Assembly: GCA_002269645.1 (NCBI GenBank)
Contig: NIVC01000016.1
Span: 124,001 to 188,000 of the forward strand
DNA length: 64,000 bases
Direction of reading: 5' to 3'
Source: Macrostomum lignano
Taxonomy: Eukaryota
Of this stretch, positions 25,634 to 35,820 are shown piece by piece. Made by a program: the position numbers and the translations under genes. Within the stretch, counting starts at the first letter, position 1; every line of letters begins with the position of its first letter. The notes below the pieces were generated by a model, which saw nothing but the letters and a program-made list of their open reading frames with translations, made no database searches and was not told where the DNA came from.

Positions 25634-27558
25634 GTTATTAAATGGGTACCAGCATTAGCTGGGGTAATTGAGGGTGTGTGGCGACCCCCCAGTCCTTGGA
25701 CTGAACAGCCGTACGCAGCCTTCAGATGCGCCGCGCAATAGCTGCGGCTGAGCTGTCGGTTGCACATCTGCCCATCAGAGCAGGTGTAATCAATTATTAT
25801 TATTATTATATTGCAATACTGAAGCCAACTGACTTACCAGCGGCTTTTGAAGAGACGGCCTCAGCAACGGAGCGGGCGGCAGCGGCCTCCAGCTGCTCAA
25901 CGGCGGACTCAGACGATGGAATGGAAGATTCTTCCAGCTGCTCAGCCTCCTTAGCCTTGGCGAGGATTGGCTCGCCAGTTGTCTCGACATCGTTTGCGGC
26001 AGTTGTAGCAGCGGCGGCCGGTTCCAGAAGTAGAGAGGCTGAATAGAAAGCAATAAATAAAATTCAAATGGGTCCAAATACAAAAACTTTTAGCAACTTT
26101 TCCCAGCTCAAACTGTAAGCAAACGGAATTGTACTTTTTCAAACAGAACTTGGCAACAATTGTGAAAAAAAAATAAGAAACACCCGCTCTCCATCTCTCT
26201 TATGCGTTTAATCTGTGAACTTTGGCCAAGGATACTGATGCTAAAACACTGTATGGGTGTCCAGTTGCTAACGGCACAGCTTCTGTCTATGGCCAAAACC
26301 GACAAATTTCTGAGGGTCGCATTGCAAAACCCGATAGCAACAAGTACTCGGTATGCCCAGGATGAAGTAGGGATAAAAAGGGGGAATAACTTTCTTAGAA
26401 TTGCATTGTTAGCAAGTGACCTATTTAGTGCCTTTAATAAATTTGATTAAAAAAACTGGTATCAACGATCCGCATTGCTTGGATATTAAATGCTTGCTAT
26501 TTTTACAGCATCTCAGCTGTTTAGCGCCCAGCAACTGCTGCGAATCAAGTTCGGTGCCAGTGCGTTTCCTGTCGGACAACTGGACAGGCCTGTCCGGCTG
26601 CTCGGACGGAGAAGCGGCGGCGGAGGCGGCACCGGACTCTGAACTCCCGAAAACAATGCAAAATTTGCTTGCTTGTTGAAAATTTCTGTCAGAGATCAGG
26701 CATTTAAATACTTGACACCAGGTTTGTGTGAGCAGATTAGCGTCCAGTTGCAGCCTGTCTGCTCTCGACAGGATCATTGTGAGCACTCCATCCGTGTATC
26801 TCATATTGTAAATGTTTCTGTCACTCTACCTATGTATCTGTCACACAGCTCTCACACTACCCATACATCTGTCACTCTACCTATGTATCTGTCACTCTAC
26901 CTATGCATCTGTCACACTACCCATGCATCTGTCACTCTACCAATGCATCTGTCACTCTACCAATGCATCTGTCACTAGCCATGCATTTGCCACTCTACCA
27001 ATGCATCTGTCACTCTATCCATGCATCTGTCACTCTACCAATGCATCTGTCACTCTACCAATACATCTGTCACTCTACCAATACATCTGTCACTCTACCA
27101 ATGCATCTGTCACTCTACCTATGCATCTGTCACTCTACCTATGCATCTGTCACTCTACCAATGCATCTGTCACTCTACCAATACATCTGTCACTCTACCA
27201 ATGCATCTGTCACTCTACCAATACATCTGTCACTCTACCCGTGCATCTGTCACTCTATCCATGCTCCGACTTACAACCCGAGAATTTGCCCATGAAGTTG
27301 CGATATTGATAAATAAAGTTGCAGAAGTCAGTAAAAGTTCCCAGCCATACCTGATGAAGCACTCAGGACGGCTGCAGCAGCCACGGCGGCAGTTACAGGC
27401 TTTTGAATTTTTTCATTGTCCTGCTTTTGCTTCTCTTTTTGATGCTCCTTGTAGCAGACGCTGCACATTCCGTCAAACTGGGTCAGGCCATAGAAGCCAC
27501 AGCCGATCTTGCACAGATTGGCCGCTATAGTTGACTCCTGGTCTTCATTGCCAGACAT
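24695..27558 (-). CDS. ZFAND5/6: A20/AN1 zinc-finger protein (ZFAND5/6 family), ~261 aa
   Basis: Exons 27558-27351 (A20: [10 protein letters not shown]...[10 protein letters not shown]), candidate 26638-26507, 26038-25838, 25260-25165 ([14 protein letters not shown]) and 24843-24695 ([25 protein letters not shown]...[16 protein letters not shown]). All junctions are phase 1. Confidence 0.93.
24870..25095. repeat. 21-bp minisatellite in the last ZFAND intron
   Basis: GAGTCACTGGCTGTGTGCGGT, about 11 copies. Confidence 0.95.
25300..25640. repeat. Compound repeats in a ZFAND intron (~25-bp GGGGATCCGCTCYCTC units, ~22-bp CATTCCATCAGTCTATC units, (ATT)n)
   Basis: Tandem copies are visible directly in the sequence. 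Confidence 0.8.
26815..27260. repeat. 20-bp minisatellite in ZFAND coding intron 1
   Basis: ATGCATCTGTCACTCTACCA, about 22 copies. Confidence 0.96.
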
Positions 27559-29559
27559 TGTTAATGAGGCCAACTGTGCTGCAGTATAAATTAGCAAAAA
27601 ATCATCATTCAGTATTTTTAGCTTTGATTGCTTTATATATACAGAATATAAAAACTATTAAAACTATAGAAGACACATTCTTTTCTTTATTGTGAGGCAA
27701 ATGTAAACTTTTGAGTTATAAATTTTGATACTTTTATATAACTATTTATTGCTTAAAAATCTACAATTCTATGCATTATGAGGCTTATTATTTTAAATAA
27801 ACTATACTATAATAAAACAGAATTAGTATTTAATAGGATAGTAAGTCAAAAGGACTTCCATTTTCTTAGGCAAAGCTAACTAACCATCATAGGTATTCAA
27901 CTCGAGATAATGGCCAATAGCTGAAAGGTCATAAGGGGGGTTCTAAAATGTGATAACTTAATGCTTATAATGATTGCCAGGATGTCAAGGCTTATAGAGA
28001 AATTGCTAAAAGGTTATAGCTCTTCTAAAAGGAATTCTCTAAGATTCTAAGGCTCATGGAGGGAGTTGCTATGATTTCATGGCTTATAGGGGGGCTCAAT
28101 CCATATACTAAAATAAAATTCTAAGGCTTAAGGCTCCTGTGGGAATTGCTGCAGTATAAATCAAGATCTAATATATTAGGCTAGATAGTTGGCTATTAGG
28201 GCAGATAATATTTTGCTTTAAATATCATTTTTTTAAAATCAACCATAGTGAATAAAGGTCAAAATCTATATTAGTTAGTTGTCTCCTAAATTAGGGGTGC
28301 AAATAGCCAATGTGAAGTATACGAGCTTTATATATTAAAATTATAACTATAGTATTTAATATTAGACACAATTTTGCATTTCTATTTTATTTCTTTATTT
28401 TTTATCTTATGTCTTATAGCACTTACTCTTGTCTTACTTTTCTTAACTCTTAAGACCCAATCTTGAATTTTAGGAAATTATAAAAAGTTGACTTCCAATT
28501 TATCTATTAAGATGAGGACTGAGATTATAATTAGACTAACTAATATTGCTGTAGGCTTATAGAATCAAACAAAGAATTATATTATGAGTCAAACATTTAT
28601 CATTGGCATTAAACTAATTTGTTTATATATTTTAGTATTATAGTTTTTAATTATAGATTTAGAATTAAATATTTTAATAATAGTTTATAATTTCTATAAA
28701 ATAGACTCTATAATCTATAAAATAGGGTTATTATAGTATAAGCCTAGTATAAGCCTAGTATATATGACTGTTGCAAAATCTAGGCCTAGCCCTAAGGCTG
28801 ATATTAGCAAAATACAAGTGTTATTAGGTGATAGCCAATAGAACAAAAAATCATAAATGTCTTATTCCAACTGCCTATTCCAGATATTATCATTTTTAAT
28901 GTAACTTATAAGTCTAAAGTACTATACAATAAAATGTATTAATTTAGGATGGGTGTCCCAAAAGTTATCAGAATCATTGCTTTAGCTCCCCAGTACCTTG
29001 ACCAACTTTTATGTTTTATATGTCAAACTAAAGATATTTCTTCAATGAAAAAATTGTCATTTGAATTTCCTTTCTATCTTGTTTTGGTTTTGGATTAGGC
29101 TATTAGGTATGGAGAAATGGAGAAAATTTTTCTATGGAGAAAACTCATCTAGAAACTTTAGCCAAAAGCAAGCACTTGGTATGGTTGTATAGAATAAGCA
29201 AGTGTTAGCACCATTATATATAATTAGCAATTTTACTGGTTTCATCCATAGACATTTCCACATCTTTCTGACAAATTCAAACTTGAATTTTGCAAAAAAT
29301 GATAATAGAAAAATGACATCACAGACATTCAAGGTTGTGTAACACTAGTTGCCATACATGCGCAACAGTCGGCCGAGTCGGCCGATCCGGCCGACCGATT
29401 TGGCGGCCAACCAAGTAAGTCGCAAAATTGATTAACCGCCAAAAAAAACGAAAAAACAAAAGACGAAAAAGGGGAAAGGAAAAGGAAAAAACGAAAAAAA
29501 GGGAGCAAAGAGAAAGAGAAAAACACAAAAAGAGTTGTAAGTGCTGTAAGTTGCAGCAC

Positions 29560-31330
29560 TGAAGACAAGGTAAGTCGCACCGAGGGCGAGCTAAGTCGCA
29601 CCGAGGGCAAGCTAAGTCGCAGCAGGACCGAGCTAAGTCGCATCGAGGGCGAGCTAAGTCGCACCGAGGGCAAAATAAGTCGCACCGAGCGAGAGCTAAG
29701 TCGCACTAAGTCGCAGCAGGACCGAGCTAAGTCGCACCGAGGGCGAGCTAAGTCGCAGCAGGACCGAGCTAAGTCGCACCGAGGGCGAACTAAGTCGCAG
29801 CAGGACCGAGCTAAGTCGCATCGAGGGCGAGCTAAGTCGCACCGAGGGCGAGCTAAGTCGCAGCAGGACCGAGCTAAGTCGCACCGAGGGCGAACTAAGT
29901 CGCACCGAGCGAGAGCTAAGTCGCACTAAGTCGCAGCAGGACCAAGCTAAGTCGCACCGAGGGCGAGCTAAGTTGCAGCAGGACCGAGCTAAGTCGCACC
30001 GAGGGCGAACTAAGTCGCACCGAGCGAGAGCTAAGTCGCACTGAGGGCGAGCTATGTCGCAGCAGGACCGAGCTAAGTCGCACTAAGGGCGAGCTAAGTC
30101 GCACCGAGGGCAAAATAAGTCGCACCGAGCGAGAGCTAAGTCGCAGTAAGTCGCAGCAGGACCGAGCTAAGTCGCACCGAGGGCGAGCTAAGTCGCAGCA
30201 GGACCGAGCTAAGTCGCACCGAGGGCGAGCTAAGTTGCAGCAGGACCGAGCTAAGTCGCACCGAGGGCGAACTAAGTCGCACCGAGCGAGAGCTAAGTCG
30301 CACTGAGGGCGAGCTATGTCGCAGCAGGACCGAGCTAAGTCGCACTAAGGGCGAGCTAAGTCGCACCGAGGGCAAAATAAGTCGCACCGAGCGAGAGCTA
30401 AGTCGCAGTAAGTCGCAGCAGGACCGAGCTAAGTCGCACCGAGGGCGAGCTAAGTCGCAGCAGGACCGAGCTAAGTCGCACCGAGGGCGAACTAAGTCGC
30501 ACCGAGCGAGAGCTAAGTCGCACTAAGTCGCAGCAGGACCAAGCTAAGTCGCACCGAGGGCGAGCTAAGTTGCAGCAGGACCGAGCTAAGTCGCACCGAG
30601 GGCGAACTAAGTCGCACCGAGCGAGAGCTAAGTCGCACTGAGGGCGAGCTATGTCGCAGCAGGACCGAGCTAAGTCGCACTAAGGGCGAGCTAAGTCGCA
30701 CCGAGGGCAAAATAAGTCGCAACGAGCGAGAGCTAAGTCGCAGTAAGTCGCAGCAGGACCGAGCTAAGTCGGACCGAGGGCGAGCTAAGTCGCAGCAGGA
30801 CCGAGCTAAGTCGCACCGAGGGCGAACTAAGTCGCACCGAGCGAGAGCTAAGTCGCACTAAGTCGCAGCAGGACCGAGCTAAGTCGCACCGAGGGCGAGC
30901 TAAGTCGCACCGAGCGAGAGCTAAGTCGCACCGAGGGCGAGCTAAGTCGCAGCAGGACCGAGCTAAGTCGCATCGAGGGCGAACTAAGTCGCACCGAGCG
31001 AGAGCTAAGTCGCACTAAGTCGCAGCAGGACCGAGCTAAGTCGCACCGAGGGCGAGCTAAGTCGCACCGAGCGAGAGCTAAGTCGCACCGAGGGCGAGCT
31101 AAGTCGCAGCAGGACCGAGCTAAGTCGCATCGAGGGCGAACTAAGTCGCACCGAGCGAGAGCTAAGTCGCACTAAGTTGCAGCAGGACCGAGCTAAGTCG
31201 CACCGAGGGCGAGCTAAGTCGCACCGAGCGAGAGCTAAGTCGCACTGAGGGCGAGCTAAGTCGCAGCAGGACCGAGTAAGTCGCAGCAGGGCCGAGGTAA
31301 GTCGCAGCAGGATTGAGTTAAGTCGCAGAG
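29560..31330. repeat. Subterminal 21-bp modular minisatellite with ~220-bp higher-order repeats, inside the hAT element
   Basis: Modules CGAGGGCGAGCTAAGTCGCAC, AGCAGGACCGAGCTAAGTCGC and CGAGCGAGAGCTAAGTCGCAC. Identical blocks recur at 29696, 29916 and 30136 (220-bp spacing). Confidence 0.97.
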
Positions 31331-31665
31331 CATCTTTAGGATTATTAGGATAGGATTAGTTTAGGATGAATTTAATGTATCACTTACTAGGGTGTAGGCT
31401 ACGTGTGCATTAACGCATCAATTTGAAAAATTAAGAATTACGAAGCCAGAAATGGCTAAGGAATAGAATAACTTATAAGCAGTAATTTTTCAGCCCTATT
31501 ACAATTGCAAATCATACTTTTAATAATATTTAATTAGCAAATTAAAACTGCAAGATTCTAACGGTCTTATATATGAACTTAGAAGAACTGTAGTCTTAAT
31601 GATTATGCATGTACCATTGTAATAATTGATTAAAATTGTAGCAGATTAAAACTGATAAAAAACTT

Positions 31666-34600
31666 TCAAAATAGTCCACTTAGCAAATCAGAATCAGAAT
31701 CTTTAATTTCCTCGTCTACGTTGGATTCTTTTTGCCGTTGACCTCCAGGAGCATCAGAACGCCAGTGTTTTTTCAGCCAATCATTGACATAAATATCCGG
31801 CTTAAATTTCATCAGCGGAGGCCCATTTATTCGAATCCGTAGTAGATGCTCCAATGTTTTTGGTGCCAAGCGTGTTCTCCTGTCATAGGCAATGTGCTTA
31901 TAGATAGAAAACCCTCTTTCAGCCTCAGCTGATGATATTGGCAAAGTTAACACAACCATAATTAGATTCTTTATTCTGGGCAGCCATTCAACAGTTCTTG
32001 TCTCTAGAAAGTGATAGAAAGTGACTCCAAAATTTCACCGGACCTTTGCCTTTGTAGGCACAGAAGTCAACACTATGCGAAGTGATCAAACTTTTTAGGA
32101 GTAGACCGAACTGACCAGAGATTGTCCTTTCTGTAGCGCGTTCTGAAGCATCTGCATCTCTAGAGTCTGAATCAGAAAGATGGTCCTCTGTTTCAGATTC
32201 AGAGCTGTCATCTTCCATTCCAAACCGTCTAGCAAGAGGTATGATTCTCGAACTGTATGTAAAGACAGTATGTAATGTTTCAGCATTAGGCAATAACACT
32301 GGGTTGAGCACATTAAATATTGAGTAGTCATCCTCAGGAAAATAATTACGCAGCTGATCAATTATGCTATCAATGATTCGACTGCGAATCTCATCCAGTG
32401 CTGGATAAGCTCCCATGTCAACAACACTGCCACGTCCACTAGCATCAAATAATCTATTTCTTAGAGATCTGTCTGCAGCAGAACCTGGTTGCTTCAACTC
32501 AAACCTCTCTGTTGGATCGCTGCTTCCAGGGCCGGAAGGACAAGCAAAGTTAGAATAAGATAGGTCTCTTGTGTGACATCCTGAATGGTATTCCAGCTGC
32601 GGATATCCATCTGCAGTTCCCAAAACTCGACGACACTTGCAGGAAGCCAAAAAGTCCACAATGCGAGGACCATTGTTCGTTTTTAAGGTTTCTAGTGAAT
32701 GGATAAGGTTAGTGTGGCGTTCTTGCAAGCCAATAAATGTACCCTTGGCTCTTTGAAACTGCAAGGACTCAAATTCCAGTAATTTTAGAATGTCCATGAG
32801 AAATAGATGTAATGAATAATACCGGACATTTTGCAATGTTTTCAATAATCCAGAGGCAGTTGCTTTACTTTCGTCATCAAAGCCTGAGGAAGGTGATTTG
32901 ATATTTTCTAAATTTGTCAGAAGCAAGTAGTACGACTTTCGAATCACATCAAGAGCAGACACTTCCGATGCAACCCACCTGATGCGATATATTCTTTTTA
33001 ATTCATAGAAAACCAAGTTGAGTGCTTCCGAAGTTTGTGCCAAAGATGCCTTACGTTTAACAGTGTGGCTCATATAAAATTTGTGTAGAGAATTTATATT
33101 CTTATCGAGATGTTGCATAAATGGGAAGATTTCAAAGGCATGATAGATTGAAAGTTCTAACTTATGCGCTGCACAATGGTGCTGAAAAAATTGTTTGCTA
33201 GCCCAAGGCCTCAGTTGACTTATTAATCCCACTCGACTTCCTGTCATTACGGATGCACCATCAGTTGTCACCCCCCATAGCCTTCGTTTGATTTCATCTT
33301 CTAGCTTGTCATCCGAAAATAAACGGATGAGAAGTTCATAAATGCTTCGTCCAGTCTCTACTTCAGTCAGACGTTTAAACCGATAAAAAAACATCAAAGG
33401 TTGGCTGTTTTCAAGAACTCTGAAGTATATCATGACGTAGCTGTTTGAATGAATATCAGACGTTGTATCTAGTACAATAGAAATCGGAAGATTGTCAGCA
33501 CTTTTAATGTAATTCACAAATGTCCGATGCATTGTATTACTGATTGATTCCACCATTGCTGCGGCACTTTTGCGATGCTTATGATGGCTCCCCATATCCA
33601 ACCCATTTTTTACTTGTAAATCAATCATATTTGGATGAGCACTGAATGGAATATTAGATTTGACTTCGGCATAAACTGTTGTCAAAACTCGGGCTGTTAT
33701 TTCATCTCGTTTAGTTTTAGCTAGTCTAGCGGCCTCATTCATCTGTTTGAGTTGCTTTGCAAGAACTGAAGTATGTTTTTCCTTCATCCACTTTATGGCG
33801 TCACTGTAAAGTGTATTTGATGAATGTTCCTGTAGTTTTCTTCGTACGCTATCTTTTGCATGACCTTTGGGAATGTAGCCTTGTTCTGTTGCAAAAGTTA
33901 ACTTACGTTGGCTCTCTAGATTTGTCTCCTTTTTCTTATGTGCATTCAAAAATTTTCTGCAGATCCGACATTGTATTCCAGATCTTGATAGATCTTCGGT
34001 GTTTTGAACATATTGAAACCATGTCTTCATTTCTTGTGACACAAATTTTCTTGAAAATGATCTGCAATGGTCAAATTAGAGAATATTTTGGGATTTGGAC
34101 TATTTGTGAGTATCTAAAAGCAATATGCTAATAAGTGCAATACACAGTACACTATACATTAATTTACAGTTCGTCAGTTTCCATTTACTTACTGTGACTG
34201 GTGCATCTCCAAAGAATGTAACCACTCCTCTCAAAAACCAGATGTATCCTCCCAGTCCTTTTTAGGGAAAACTTCAATATTTTCGCCCATCATAGAGGAA
34301 GACGAGGGCTTTGATGCTGAAGTGGCTAGACATGCGTCTGCAGATGTGCTTATGCATGGTATTTTTTTTTGCGATGGCCCTGCTTCTGCAGTATTTACTT
34401 GTACTATTTCAACATCACCTGAACCCCTTGAGTCGCTCGAATCTAAATCAACAATAGGACTTTGGCAAAGTGATCGTTTCGTTGATTGTCTTTGAATATT
34501 TACTTGCCTAATAATTTCCACTTGTAGTTTGCTTGTTTGCTGGTCATTCTCCAACAACTCTCTTCTTTCCTGTACATTTGCAGCAGAGCAAAAATTAGAA

Positions 34601-35820
34601 GTTTCTGCAGCAGCAGTTTGAACAGCATGATCTCGATTAGCTGCTATTTGCTCTGAAAATTCATAGGACCTGGCCAATTCACTACGGTGTGAGCTTTCAG
34701 AACATGGAGCTGGAGCAAGAGCTAGTCGCATTTCGATTCTTTCTGTTGCTGATGAAGCAGATGCTAATGCTGAGTCTGCCAATGTACCTGCTTCTCTTGA
34801 AGGTGTATTTATGATGGCTTCAATATTGTCCTCTAAAATCCAATGAGCACCTGAGCAGTCATTTTCTCTACCTGGAGTCAACTGTCCAAGTTTCCACCTT
34901 GTAAAAAGCAAAGGCTTTCGTAACTCACTGCCGGATTCAGGGCACCGGTTTATTGAATAGTCCTCATGACCAAGTTCATCCCATTCTCTTGCTGGCTTTA
35001 AGATGTAGTTGGGCTTGTCTCTTAGCCTACGATAAATGGACTAAAAAAATGTGCACCTGTTATTTTGCGTACTTCGTGCATAGATGATCATGTAATGCAC
35101 ATTGTTCCTAATAATTTCAGCTAATGAGTTATCAATGATAATTTTATCTTCATAAACAGGTCTTCTTTGTGTTGCATGCATTTTAGCTAGTCGCAGTTTT
35201 CCAATGCTACTGGCAGTTGTGGAACTTGAACTGTCCGATTCTGATCTAGAAAAGTCTCGTTGATACAAGAGAATAATGGCCATAGCACTTTTACCATTCC
35301 CATTCTTTAATGCATTTGGTTCTGTTGGAATTGTCTTACTAGCAGACTTGAAAAAATCAATGATGGATGACTGCGATGATCCACTAGGAGCGGAACTTGG
35401 CAGCCCATGTCTAGTTTTTCCCTGATACCCAATAGATGTATCGGTAAAAAACATATCTGCTGCTTCCTGCTTCTCTTTTGATGCAATAACAAAGAAACTG
35501 CTGTCCGTTTTGAAGCCCGAGGACCGATAGAAGTCAGCAGAAAATGAAACCACAGGTCGTCTAAAATCGCCGCTATATTCTTGAACTCCAATCAGAAGAA
35601 AATCACGGAGTCTCACTGGCACTGATCCTAATAGCATTGCAGTTGTGGAACAAACTTTCTTCAGCTCAATGAACTCTGAAAATTCTTGAGATCCAATATT
35701 AGGCTCATCAGTATTTAACTCATTTATAACAATTGAGCACTCACTCTCAGCTAGAATACCATTGATAGCTAGGATGCCACTTAGAATCAGTAGGCAAAGA
35801 CAACTAAGGCTGTACATCAT
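31666..35820 (-). pseudogene. hAT transposase (ZNF862/KIAA1586-like) with an in-frame N-terminal signal peptide and lamin-tail-like domain; disrupted
   Basis: hAT catalytic motifs IVLDTTSD, TTDGASVMTG, HCAAHKLEL, RW and SSAEAERGFS are present. The frame runs from ATG 35820 across TAG (35041-35043), TGA (34231-34233), a GT-AG intron (34192-34062) and a 10-bp duplication frameshift (32005-32024). Confidence 0.85.

Noticed and set aside
29560-31330. Repeat-spacer-like pattern resembling a CRISPR array
   Set aside because: The 'spacers' are three recurring ~10-bp prefixes, the period is 21 bp, there are no cas genes, and the context is a eukaryotic hAT end.
34231-34233. TGA as selenocysteine or programmed readthrough in the transposase fusion
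   Set aside because: No SECIS was recognised, there are two other lesions in the same gene, and CGA>TGA decay is the simpler explanation.
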